The notes beneath the pieces were generated by a model. The model worked only from the letters and a program-made list of their open reading frames with translations. It searched no databases and was not told where the DNA came from. This document shows, one piece after another, positions 50,883 through 60,644 of a stretch of DNA of 64,000 nt. Source of the DNA: Leptolyngbya sp. BL-A-14 (GTDB lineage Bacteria > Cyanobacteriota > Cyanobacteriia > Leptolyngbyales > Leptolyngbyaceae); NCBI GenBank assembly GCA_041937185.1, contig CP166621.1, positions 2,324,571-2,388,570 on the forward strand, written 5' to 3'. The position numbers and the translations under genes are program-made. Position 1 is the first letter of the stretch. Each line of letters starts with the position of its first letter.

Positions 50883-52732
50883 TTAATCTTCGATTGTCTC
50901 AACTAGAAACCAATTTCCCGCACTATTTAGCTGCCCTGACACAGTCAGAGTTTGATTAGAATCTTTTGTCGCGAGATAGGCGTTGATGGCTGAGTCAAGA
51001 GTGACCAGATGAACGATCAGCGTTTTGAGTGTGAACGGTTCCACGATTTCTATCGTGTATGTTTGCTCGTCTAAGCGCTGAAAGATCCCAGTCACGGCTG
51101 GTTGAAGGGTGCTATCGCCCTTTGTAGAGACCAAAGGACTCTGGGAGCGATCGCGCTTAAGTTGCCGCGTGGGGCAATTGCCATCCACTGGGTAGGCTTC
51201 TGGATGATCAAGGTAGTAGTGCTGCCAGTAAAGCCAATCGGGGTCATGTAGGGGAGAATTCAGCAAGGGAATGACCGCAGCAGGGGCGATCGTATCGCTC
51301 AGGAGTGCTTCCTGGAGCGATCGCACGTCTAGCTCCCGTGGCTGGCAACCTTGTTCTATACAAAGTGCTGCTGCCATCCCCGCTGCCTGCCCGATTCCCA
51401 AAACAAGTGGCTGTAACCGTGTGGCACCGTTCGCCATGTGGGACACAGAGATATTCTTTTCACACGCCAAAAGTCCATCTGTTTTAACGGGTACGAGCGA
51501 TCGATAGGGGATCGTGAACGGCGTACCTGTCCAGCGTCCACCCCAGCGCATTGACTTCGGCTTGAGTGTGATGTCTCCACTGGGGTAGTGATGGTCATTA
51601 GCGTAGTTGCCGATCGCGATCGCGTCACAAACATTTTCTGCTTGCAGGCAGCCCTGACCCGAGATGACGATCGGCAGCGACGCAACACATCCATTGTGAA
51701 TTGGCAGAATGTCTTGCTCGCGCACAGTCGTTAGCCCACGCAACCGCCGACTTTCCCGGTAATACGGGTGCAGCGCATACGCCCCACCCCCAGCTTTTCC
51801 CTAGCCCCTGTCCCCTGTCCCCCATCCCCTTCAGGAAACACGTCCTCTGCCAACCCATACCGCTGACCAAGCTGCTGCTGAATCAGGCGTGCAAAACTTT
51901 GTGTATGCCACCGCGCTTCTTGCAAAAATTCTCTCCGTTTTTTCTTAGAGAGAAGACGGTCAACCCCTTCGCCATAATCATTACCGTGGATCGGCCAGTT
52001 GATCATGAAGCGGTTGCCGGGTAAGCGTCCGTAGTTAAGAAAGCGATCGCCCCCGTACTGATCCCAGGCTCCTTGAAAGCGATCGGGCGCATCGTTGGGT
52101 GGTGCGGGGATCTCAGGCGCTGTTTCACCTTCACCGTAGTCCTGCATCACAACGACCCATGTTGGAGCTTGCACTGGGTACTGCTGGGTCAGTTGGTTGG
52201 CACTAACGGGCGCGCTGGGTTCGTTAAACTCTGACTGCAACTCCCAACCCCAACGGTGTGGCACTTCGCCAAGAGCTAATAGGTCGCCCAGTTCTGTCCC
52301 ATCGATTGTTATTTGAGCGCTGATCGTTACCGTTTGGAAGCGAACACCACGAATACGATCCCCAGTCCAAAGAACCTCTTCTGGTGTTTGTCCAGCAATC
52401 CACTGAAGATTTGGCAGTGCGGCCACCCAATCTGCAAAAATCTGCGCGCCAACACGTGGATCGTAGGTGAAGAAGCTGACCCAGCCGTGATCCAATCCTT
52501 CTAGCTGTCGTTGTCTGAGTTCTCGCAGAAACGCTCCCCAAAGACCAGTCTGAAAGGCAAGTAACTCATTGCCATCGGGTGCAGAGACGCCTGCACTCGT
52601 CAACATGCCACCCAACCAGCTAAATTCGCTAACGAGGATTGTCTTTGCCCCCCGTCGGGCTGCTTGAATGGCAGCGGCAGTGCCCCCCGTGCCGCCACCC
52701 ACCACCAAAACATCGGCTTTTAGTTCTTGCAT
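50883..52732 (-). pseudogene. FAD-dependent oxidoreductase split into two ORFs (52732-51731 and 51743-50883) by a short G-rich STRR-like insertion that shifts the frame
   Basis: N-terminal ORF has GGGTGG dinucleotide-binding motif and ends in a repeat-encoded tail (…EGDGGQGTGAREKLGVGR…*); the C-terminal ORF resumes in another frame with native-looking …ALHPYYRESRRLRGLTTVREQ…; repeat at 51784-51830. Confidence 0.6.
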
Positions 52733-52907
52733 TGCATCGTCACCTTAAGAAAGCTGCGGTTGCAAGCATTCGCTCGCCCGCTTCCGTAAGCAATAGGGTA
52801 ATGGTTTGTCGGGTACGATCGCGCAAATAGCGATCGTGCAAACTTTCGGGCACTCCACCGCCATAATGGAAACAACCCATCAGAATCAACGTTGTGAGAC
52901 GAAACCA

Positions 52908-53795
52908 ATGGTATTCACCGCTCAAGAGCTAGAAGCCATGATGCCTGATGCTACCCAGCTTTTGAGCGACGAGCCAGAGATGGAAAGCTCCCTTCACTAT
53001 GCTCAACTGGCGCTCCTGGTTGCTTGTCTGGAGTGGCTATGGCGTGACCAAACGGACTTTTTTATTGGTGCAAACCTTACCATCTACTTCAGCCGCCAGC
53101 AACTCCGCAACCGAGATTTTCGTGGGCCAGACTTCTTCCTTGTCAAACATACCGAGCCACGACCACGCAATGCCTGGGTGGTGTGGGAGGAAGATGGACG
53201 CTATCCTGATTTGATCATTGAGTTGCTCTCTACATCAACCGCCACTGTCGATCGCACCCTGAAGAAAGACCTGTATCAAAACCGTTTTCGGACACCAGAG
53301 TACTTTTGGTTTTCACCAGAAACGCTTGAATTCCAGGGCTTTCGACTGATAGGGCACGAATATGAAGCGATTGCTCCCAACGAGCATGGCTGGCGCTGGA
53401 GTGAAGAACTTGAACTTTACCTGGGTATAGACGCGAATCAGTTACGCTACTTCAGCGCTCAGGGTGAGAAGGTGCCAACATTAGCGGAAGCGATCGCGCA
53501 ATCAAAGTCAGAGACAGAGCAAGCAAGGGCAGAAACAGAGCAGGCAATCGCCCAGGCACTACAGGCACAACAACAACTTGAACGTGAGCGCCAAACTTTA
53601 GCACAAGCGGAGGGACAGCTCGAACAAGCTGAACAACAGCTCGAACAAACTGAGCAACAGCTCGAACAAACTGAGCAACAGCTCGAACAAACTGAGCAAC
53701 AGCTTGAGCAGGAACGGCTACAACGGCTTGAGGCTCAGCAGCGTGCCGAACGGTTGGCAGCCCGTTTAAAAGCGATGGGCATTGATCTCGATTAA
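52908..53795 (+). CDS. Uma2-family (DUF820) putative endonuclease with a C-terminal heptad coiled-coil
   Basis: PD-(D/E)xK-like Uma2 core (…DFFIGANLTIYF…PDFFLV…PDLIIELLS…); C-terminus carries (QQLEQTE)n encoded by 21-bp tandem repeats. Confidence 0.75.
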   Translation: MVFTAQELEAMMPDATQLLSDEPEMESSLHYAQLALLVACLEWLWRDQTDFFIGANLTIYFSRQQLRNRDFRGPDFFLVKHTEPRPRNAWVVWEEDGRYPDLIIELLSTSTATVDRTLKKDLYQNRFRTPEYFWFSPETLEFQGFRLIGHEYEAIAPNEHGWRWSEELELYLGIDANQLRYFSAQGEKVPTLAEAIAQSKSETEQARAETEQAIAQALQAQQQLERERQTLAQAEGQLEQAEQQLEQTEQQLEQTEQQLEQTEQQLEQERLQRLEAQQRAERLAARLKAMGIDLD

Positions 53796-53817
53796 GTTCG
53801 GATTGAGCACAACCGCG

Positions 53818-54405
53818 CTATTTTTCTTGCCCGATCGGCTCATCAATGGCGGCACTTTTCATCGAGGCAGCTGGAAGCGTTGGGTTCGTCCCCGCATTCA
53901 AGTGATTTCCTTGCGGTTCCACATTGATGCCCTTCACCTGCTGCATCAGACTTGCCATTTCTAACGCACTCATTGCGTAGTTCCAGCCCAGGTTGCTCTT
54001 GATACCTGCTCGCTCCAGGGCTTGCTGCATTGTGTCAGTCGTCAGCACTCCAAAAATGACGGGCACTCCTGTCTGGAAGCCGACGGCTGCAATACCCTTG
54101 GAGACTTCTGCTGCCACATAGTCAAAATGGGGTGTTTGACCTTTGATGATGGCACCGAGACAGATAATAGCGTCGTAACGATTGGTCAGCGCTAGCTGCC
54201 GGGCCACTAAAGGCACTTCAAAGCTACCAGGCACCCAGGCGTAGTCGACCTGTGTCCCGTTTGGATCGGTATTAACCCCGTGCCGCTTAAGACAATCCTG
54301 GCAGCCTTCTAAAAGCTTTGTGGTGACCAGGTCATTAAACCGACCAATCACGATCGCAAACCGCATGCGGTCTGTTTGAGTGAACGTTCCTTCAAAAACT
54401 GCCAT
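53818..54405 (-). CDS. ribH: 6,7-dimethyl-8-ribityllumazine synthase
   Basis: …[13 protein letters not shown]…, …[20 protein letters not shown]…. Confidence 0.9.
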   Translation of the reverse strand: MAVFEGTFTQTDRMRFAIVIGRFNDLVTTKLLEGCQDCLKRHGVNTDPNGTQVDYAWVPGSFEVPLVARQLALTNRYDAIICLGAIIKGQTPHFDYVAAEVSKGIAAVGFQTGVPVIFGVLTTDTMQQALERAGIKSNLGWNYAMSALEMASLMQQVKGINVEPQGNHLNAGTNPTLPAASMKSAAIDEPIGQEK

Positions 54406-54533
54406 GTGCTTCTCAATTTAAAGACCTTCCCCACCAGCGCAGGACTTATAGAATGGACGTCTCTTGCTGATGGGGCATACGTTGATCTTAAGCGAGTGTT
54501 CTTATCGCGGAGTAATCTGTAGACCAGATACGA

Positions 54534-54722
54534 TTAAACAACCAGGTAATTCAGTCCTCCTACCAGCAGAACCAGCACTGTCCACACAATCGAACCGAGA
54601 AAGATAAGACGCTTGGACTGATCCCAATTTTGTGGGGTTGCGAGAGCGACTGGCGCACCAACAACCATCACAAACGACAAAATAACTAGAGCCGCCAGGG
54701 AAATCTGGAAGACGATGGTCAT
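54534..54722 (-). CDS. psbZ: photosystem II reaction-center protein Z (PsbZ/Ycf9)
   Basis: 62 aa [62 protein letters not shown]; GGAGAAG RBS upstream of the ATG at 54722. Confidence 0.85.
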   Translation of the reverse strand: MTIVFQISLAALVILSFVMVVGAPVALATPQNWDQSKRLIFLGSIVWTVLVLLVGGLNYLVV

Positions 54723-54845
54723 AATTTCCGCTTCTCCAATACAGCGATAGATTAGGCATAGGACATCAATGCGGACGATCGCACACAGCCCCACTTAAGT
54801 AAGCTATCAGAAAACTGTACCTATCTTATGGAGGGATTTGGGATT

Positions 54846-55012
54846 GGAGGAGAAGGCAGAGGGCGGAGGGCAGAAGGCAGAGGGCAGGAGGCAGGAGGCA
54901 GGGGGAGCAGGGGGAGCAGGGGGAGCAGGGGGCTAAAGGCTAAAAGGCTGGACTACTGACTCATGCATGGTTAACTCATAACTCATAACTCATAACTCAT
55001 AACTCATAACTC
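54846..55012. repeat. composite STRR-like tract: GGCAGAR heptamers, GGGGGAGCA units, GGCTAAA units, then (AACTCAT)x5-6
   Basis: Divergent promoter region between psbZ and the CCA enzyme gene is composed almost entirely of tandem short units. Confidence 0.8.
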
Positions 55013-55025
55013 TCTCTTCCCTCCC

Positions 55026-58010
55026 ATGCATCTCATCCTCTGCCACACGACTGCTGATTTCGACACATTGGGTGCGGCTGTTGGGCTGACGCGCTTACAG
55101 GCGGGTGCGCGTATTGTGCTGGCGGGTGGGACGCATGCTGCTGTAGGCGATTTTTTAGCCCTGCATCGGGATGAGTATGGTTTGATCGAGCGTCGATCGG
55201 TGAAGGCAGCCCAAATTCAAGCGATCGCTGTTGTGGATACGCAGTTTCGCGATCGGCTAGGCAAGGTTGCAGAATGGCTTGATTTACCAGATGTCGAAAT
55301 TTCGGTTTATGACCATCACCTCGGTGTGGAGTCTGACATTCAAGCAACCAAACGCCAGATTGAAGCTGTTGGGGCAACGACAACCCTGATTGTAGAGAGC
55401 CTTCAGGCGCAACAGGTAACGCTCACGATCGCCGAAGCGACCGTCATGGCATTGGGCATTCACGTGGATACGGGTTCGCTAACCTTTGACCAGACGACGG
55501 CACGGGATGCCAAAGCCTTGGCATGGTTGCTGGAGCAAGGAGCCAATTTGAGAACGATCGCTCATTATGCCGATCCAGGTCTTCCAACGGAGCTGCAGCC
55601 GTTGTTGACGACAGCCCTCAAGGCAATGCAAACCGAAACTGTGCACGGTAGAACAGTCAGTTGGGTGATGTTGACGCTGGATAGTTTTGTCCCAGCTTTA
55701 TCCAGTTTGGCATCGCACCTGATGAGCCTGACAGATAGTGATGCGTTGCTGCTGGCGGCAAACTACTGCAAGAATGCTGCCTGCCGTTCCAACCCTGAGG
55801 AGAACGACGATCGTGCCTTAACTGTCATTGGGCGATCGCGCATTGATGGCACTGATTTGAACGCCCTGTTTAGCGCGAGTGGTGGCGGCGGACACCCCCT
55901 TGCTGCGTCAGTGAATCTTCGTGCCGTTGACCCACAGGAGACCCTTGCCGAATTGGTGGCTCAATTCAAAGCACAAATTCCCCAGCCGCCAACAGCGCGA
56001 GACCTGATGTCCTCACCTGTCCGTACCATTCGGCCCGAAACTACGATCGAAGAGGCACAGCGATTGCTCCTACGCTACGGGCACTCTGGCTTGTCGGTGG
56101 TAGAAGCCAATGGGCAGCTCGTCGGTATGATTTCGCGCCGTGACCTGGATATTGCCCTCCATCATGGGTTTAGCCATGCCCCTGTTAAGGGCTACATGGC
56201 CACCAACCTCAAAACCATCACGCCCGACACCTCTCTGCCTGAAATTGAAGCGCTGATGGTGACCTATGACATCGGTCGCTTACCCGTGCTGGATCAGGAT
56301 CAGCTTGTGGGGATTGTGTCTCGTACAGACGTATTGCGCCATTTGCATCAGGCAATCAAGAGGCAGGGGACAGTGGACGGGGCGCAGGGGACAGGGAGCA
56401 GGGACACACGTGCCTTTACTTCTGACTCCACCGCAAGGGGGAAGCACGCGACACTCTTAGCTTCTGACTCCTTGCTCCTGACAACTCTGCGTCAGTGTCT
56501 TACCCCTGAACTCTGGCAGGTCTTAGCAGCAGCAGCGGCAGAAGCGGAACAGCGAGGATGGCATCTTTATCTGGTGGGGGGAGCCGTGCGAGACCTCTTG
56601 CTGGCGATCGCGGCTGGCACCGCTACAACTGGCAACCTTTTGCTGGAAGATGTGGATCTAGTGGTAGATGGGTTTCATCGGGCAGCGGATGTGGGGGCAG
56701 GGGTTGAAATGGCGCGATCACTCCAAACCCTTTATTCCGAAGCGCGTCTGGAGGTTCACGGCAAATTTCAGACGGCAGCGTTGCTGTGGCATAACGATCC
56801 GATACTCAAATCGCTCTGGGTTGATTTTGCGACGGCCCGCACAGAGTTTTATCCTTACCCAGCCGCCAACCCGGAAGTAGAAGCCAGTTCAATTCGGCAG
56901 GATCTGTATCGTCGCGATTTCACCATTAACGCGATGGCAATCCGCCTGACCCAGCCCCATGCAGGCGAACTGCTTGATTTTTTTGGTGGAATACTTGACC
57001 TGCAAGCAAAGCAGATTCGTGTTCTCCATGCCAACAGTTTTATTGAAGATCCCACGCGGATCTACCGGGCCGTGCGCTTTGCGGTGCGTCTGGGCTTCCA
57101 ATTAGACAGCCAAACAGAAGGGTACATTCGTTATGCGATCGCCAGTGGCGTTTACGCTCAGGCACATCAAAGCCACGATCGACCACCCAACAAGTCACCC
57201 ATAACCGCACCGGCTCTGCAAACTCGACTCAAGGCGGAACTCAAATACATTCTGCAATCGCCTTACTGGAAGCCTGCGCTGAAGTATCTGGCTGAGCTAG
57301 GGGCGCTGCAATGCATTCACCCAACCTTGGCGATGGATAGGGACTTGTGGCGGCAACTGCGGTTGGTTGATCGATGGTTGAGGAGGCAGGAGGCAGGAGG
57401 CAGAGGGCAAGAGGCAGAAGGCAGAAGGCAGAAGGCAGGAGTTGGGGAAGCAGGGGGAGCGGAGGGGGCAGAAGGCAGAGGGCAGAAGGCAGCTTTTATC
57501 CTTTATCCTTTATCCTTCAGCCTTCCCCCTTCATGGTTAGTGCTGCTGGAAGTGCTGCTCGCTCATCTTGCCGCCGAGTATCGCGGTCTTGTCGCAGAGA
57601 GGCTTCAGCTACCACTGGATAGTATCGAACGGTTGCAGCAGTTAGAAGTGGCTCAAACCAACCTGATGAATGCCCTGCCAACCTGTCAGCGTCCGAGCGA
57701 ACAAATTCAGCTGCTGAAGCCGTATGACCCACTGCTTTTAGCGTTGATTGCGGTGCATAGTGGACGATCGACGTCGAAGGCCGCCAACGATGTATCACCC
57801 CGTCGCAAAATCTGGCAGTATCTCACCTGCTGGAGCAACCTTAAGCCGCTCTTAGATGGGAACGATCTCAAAACAATGGGCTACAAACCCGGCCCACAAT
57901 TCAAGGCAATTCTGGATGCACTCCTAGCCGCTACCGCAGACGGCGTCATTTGTACCCGTGCTGAAGCAGAACAATACGTTGCAAAAAACTTCCCTATACG
58001 AGACAAATAG
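55026..58010 (+). CDS. multidomain CCA tRNA nucleotidyltransferase / poly(A) polymerase family protein with N-terminal DHH-DHHA1 and a CBS pair
   Basis: DHH (…VYDHH…); DHHA1 (…GGGGHPLAAS…); two CBS domains; Pol-beta NTase head (…LYLVGGAVRDLLL…RRDFTINAMAI…); two in-frame repeat-derived low-complexity insertions. Confidence 0.8.
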   Translation: MHLILCHTTADFDTLGAAVGLTRLQAGARIVLAGGTHAAVGDFLALHRDEYGLIERRSVKAAQIQAIAVVDTQFRDRLGKVAEWLDLPDVEISVYDHHLGVESDIQATKRQIEAVGATTTLIVESLQAQQVTLTIAEATVMALGIHVDTGSLTFDQTTARDAKALAWLLEQGANLRTIAHYADPGLPTELQPLLTTALKAMQTETVHGRTVSWVMLTLDSFVPALSSLASHLMSLTDSDALLLAANYCKNAACRSNPEENDDRALTVIGRSRIDGTDLNALFSASGGGGHPLAASVNLRAVDPQETLAELVAQFKAQIPQPPTARDLMSSPVRTIRPETTIEEAQRLLLRYGHSGLSVVEANGQLVGMISRRDLDIALHHGFSHAPVKGYMATNLKTITPDTSLPEIEALMVTYDIGRLPVLDQDQLVGIVSRTDVLRHLHQAIKRQGTVDGAQGTGSRDTRAFTSDSTARGKHATLLASDSLLLTTLRQCLTPELWQVLAAAAAEAEQRGWHLYLVGGAVRDLLLAIAAGTATTGNLLLEDVDLVVDGFHRAADVGAGVEMARSLQTLYSEARLEVHGKFQTAALLWHNDPILKSLWVDFATARTEFYPYPAANPEVEASSIRQDLYRRDFTINAMAIRLTQPHAGELLDFFGGILDLQAKQIRVLHANSFIEDPTRIYRAVRFAVRLGFQLDSQTEGYIRYAIASGVYAQAHQSHDRPPNKSPITAPALQTRLKAELKYILQSPYWKPALKYLAELGALQCIHPTLAMDRDLWRQLRLVDRWLRRQEAGGRGQEAEGRRQKAGVGEAGGAEGAEGRGQKAAFILYPLSFSLPPSWLVLLEVLLAHLAAEYRGLVAERLQLPLDSIERLQQLEVAQTNLMNALPTCQRPSEQIQLLKPYDPLLLALIAVHSGRSTSKAANDVSPRRKIWQYLTCWSNLKPLLDGNDLKTMGYKPGPQFKAILDALLAATADGVICTRAEAEQYVAKNFPIRDK

Positions 58011-58020
58011 CGCTTAAAAG

Positions 58021-58090
58021 CTACCACCCCATCCCCTATCCCCCATCCCCTATCCCCCATCCCCTATCCCCCATCCCTCCACCCATTCCC
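58021..58090. repeat. STRR-like heptamer tract (CCCCTAT/CCCCCAT)
   Basis: ccccatcccctatcccccatcccctatcccccatcccctatcccccatccc. Confidence 0.8.
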
Positions 58091-58156
58091 CTCCCGATCT
58101 AGCCTTTGGTGACGGCGAGACGTTAGCATGGTCACGACCTTTGGGAGCGATCGCCC

Positions 58157-59653
58157 ATGAACTTAACGGCTGGCACAGCGCTGCAACAGGGCAAATATGT
58201 CCTTGGTAACTCTTTGGCTCAAAGTGCGTTAGGGCTTACCTTTAGAGCGACTCAAGCGCGATCGCAACAGCCAGTTGTGCTGCAAACACTACGGGTTCAG
58301 CCGCAAACCGATATTGCCCATCTAAAGCGTCGGTTTATCGAGGAGGCACAGCGTTTGGCGCAATGTCAGCACCCCGGTTTAGTGCGCGTGCTGGATGTGT
58401 TTGAGGAAGGTGGGCTACCGTTTGCAGTACTGGATGATGTGGCAGGGCAGACGTTGGCGGAACGAGTACGATCGCGGGGACCGTTACCAGAAGCGGAGGC
58501 CGTACAGTATATTCGGCAGGCTGGTTCGGCGCTCAGTGTCATGCACCGCCAGGGCTTGCTTCATCGGGAGGTTAACCCAGAACACCTGATCCGTCCCAAA
58601 GGAGCGTCGTTTGTGGTGCTAGTCGGTCTTGGCATTGCCCATTATGCGGTGCTGGGTGTACCAGACAGTGCAGAAACGATATCTCCCTATGCCGCGCTTG
58701 AGCTACAGCAGCGACAGATCAATCTCACCCCTGCGGTTGACCTCTATGCGCTTGCGGGAACGCTGTACTTTTTAGTCACAGGGCAGGAACCGATCGCAGC
58801 CTTGCGCCGTACACAAACGCCTTTACGTTCGCCGCGTCAATTACAACCGCAGTTAAGCAGCGCGATCGAACAGGCCATCCTCAACGGTATGGCACTTAAC
58901 CCCTCAGAGCGACCACAAACCGTTGCAGCCTGGTTCTCGCTCCTGCCAAATCATCAACCAACGGTGCCAGGAGGAGTTCATGGCGCAGGACAACCGCGTG
59001 CGATCGACTTACCCAATCCAGTAGCATCCAACGGCTCTAGTCGCACAACTGCCCCTCCCGCACCCCCTTTAATTCCCGTAGTGGCAAGCACTCCCGTTGC
59101 ACCCACTCATGCTCCAGAAACTTATAGCCCAAACACTCATACGGTCGCAGCATCCAATCGCCCATCTCTCCCCACGCCGATGATTGCCAAAAGCCGCTTG
59201 CCTAAAGCACTGCTGCTAACCGGTGCTGTAGCGATCGCAGGGGGGGCTGGCTTGGGATTGGCACTGCGCCTGAGTGCGGCTCATGGCATTGGTCCGACGC
59301 TCTTTCAAACCCGGCAAGACTTTCCACCCGTGCAGAATTGGCCGTTACAAGCCGCTCCTGAGGAATTGTCAACCGCTCCACCACCGCCCGTAGACCCCTT
59401 GCCTATGCGCAGCTTTGCGCCTGCTCCCTTGCCCAAAGTGAGATACTCGCCCAGCCCATCACCCCAACCCGTCACGCCTGAACCTCTACCAAGCGCGACG
59501 ATCGAAGCCAGTCCCTTGCCCACGGCTAGCCCGACTATCCCTAGCGTTCAACCTTCACCCCAACCCAGTCCCGTCCCTTCGGCAGTCTTGTCTCCGCGCC
59601 CCCTTCCTTCTGTACAAACGCCTGCTAATGCTCCTGGCTTACAGCGTTTGTAG
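58157..59653 (+). CDS. Ser/Thr protein kinase-like pseudokinase with a Pro-rich C-terminal region and a predicted TM segment
   Basis: Kinase-fold order is recognisable, but the Gly-loop, VAIK Lys (here VVLQ), HRD/K (here HREVNPEH), DFG (here GLG) and APE (here ALE) positions are all substituted. Confidence 0.65.
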   Translation: MNLTAGTALQQGKYVLGNSLAQSALGLTFRATQARSQQPVVLQTLRVQPQTDIAHLKRRFIEEAQRLAQCQHPGLVRVLDVFEEGGLPFAVLDDVAGQTLAERVRSRGPLPEAEAVQYIRQAGSALSVMHRQGLLHREVNPEHLIRPKGASFVVLVGLGIAHYAVLGVPDSAETISPYAALELQQRQINLTPAVDLYALAGTLYFLVTGQEPIAALRRTQTPLRSPRQLQPQLSSAIEQAILNGMALNPSERPQTVAAWFSLLPNHQPTVPGGVHGAGQPRAIDLPNPVASNGSSRTTAPPAPPLIPVVASTPVAPTHAPETYSPNTHTVAASNRPSLPTPMIAKSRLPKALLLTGAVAIAGGAGLGLALRLSAAHGIGPTLFQTRQDFPPVQNWPLQAAPEELSTAPPPPVDPLPMRSFAPAPLPKVRYSPSPSPQPVTPEPLPSATIEASPLPTASPTIPSVQPSPQPSPVPSAVLSPRPLPSVQTPANAPGLQRL

Positions 59654-59803
59654 TCCTTACCCCTCTGAGGTTTGCCAAACGGTGAGTGACGCAGAGCAAC
59701 TGGATGATGCCCCTCCTTGCTAGCGTTGTTCCATCCCCGACGAATCGCCATCTCCAGTAAGATAGACACAGCGCCATCGTTGGATAGGACGGTTAGAGCA
59801 ACC

Positions 59804-60538
59804 ATGATTGAAACGCTGCAAACCCAGCTTTATGAGTTAGAACACTTTGCAACCACGCTGGTGGGAACGCAACTGGCTCATCTAACGCCAGCCAGTGTCG
59901 GCATCATTTTTGTGGCAGGACTGCTGACCAGTCTCACGCCCTGCATGCTGTCCATGCTGCCCATTACGATCGGCTACATTGGCGGCTACGAAACTCAAAC
60001 ACGGCTACAGGCAGCAGCACAGTCCACCTGGTTTGCATTGGGATTGGCGACGACGCTGGCTGGGTTGGGCATTGTGGCGGCAGTAGTCGGCAAGATTTAT
60101 GGTCAGATTGGGTTAGGGCTACCGATCGTCGTGAGCGCGATCGCGATTCTAATGGGGCTAAACCTGCTGGAAGCGTTACCTTTGCGGCTCCCCTCCGTCG
60201 GTGGTTTGGAATGGATTTCTAAGGATTTGCCGTCTGGTGTGCGTGCCTATCTGATTGGGCTAACGTTTGGCCTAGTGGCGTCCCCCTGTAGCACGCCTGT
60301 CTTGGCTAGCATTCTGGCCTGGATTTCGGCAACAAAAGATCCGGTCTTGGGCAGTGTGCTGTTGCTGTCCTATACCGTTGGCTACGCGGCACCACTGGTG
60401 TTGGCAGGAACGTTCACAGCCTCAATCAAAAAACTGTTGGAGCTTCGTCGCTGGTCCGGTTGGATTACGCCAGCGAGTGGCGTTTTGCTCGTAGGCTTTG
60501 GCGTCTTCTCCCTACTTTCGAGAGTTGCTAGTTTTTAG
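59804..60538 (+). CDS. ccdA: cytochrome c-type biogenesis protein CcdA
   Basis: Two conserved Cys in TM regions (…LTPCMLSMLP…, …ASPCSTPVL…); ATG at 59804. Confidence 0.85.
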   Translation: MIETLQTQLYELEHFATTLVGTQLAHLTPASVGIIFVAGLLTSLTPCMLSMLPITIGYIGGYETQTRLQAAAQSTWFALGLATTLAGLGIVAAVVGKIYGQIGLGLPIVVSAIAILMGLNLLEALPLRLPSVGGLEWISKDLPSGVRAYLIGLTFGLVASPCSTPVLASILAWISATKDPVLGSVLLLSYTVGYAAPLVLAGTFTASIKKLLELRRWSGWITPASGVLLVGFGVFSLLSRVASF

Positions 60539-60644
60539 TGGTTGGTTTTTAGACAGCGCTACAACTAACAACTTTTCTTGAATGCCCTTTCTTGTGTGCC
60601 TGAAAAGCTTTAGGGCTATATAACCAAAAACGAACAACTAACCA

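Noticed and set aside
54846-55012. Possible CRISPR array (regularly spaced short repeats)
   Set aside because: Units are 7-9 bp contiguous tandem repeats with no unique spacers and no cas genes nearby; these are STRR-type repeats
57374-57622. 82-aa Arg/Gly-rich ORF and others around 56.3-57.8 kb
   Set aside because: Alternative-frame translations of STRR heptamers inside the CCA enzyme gene
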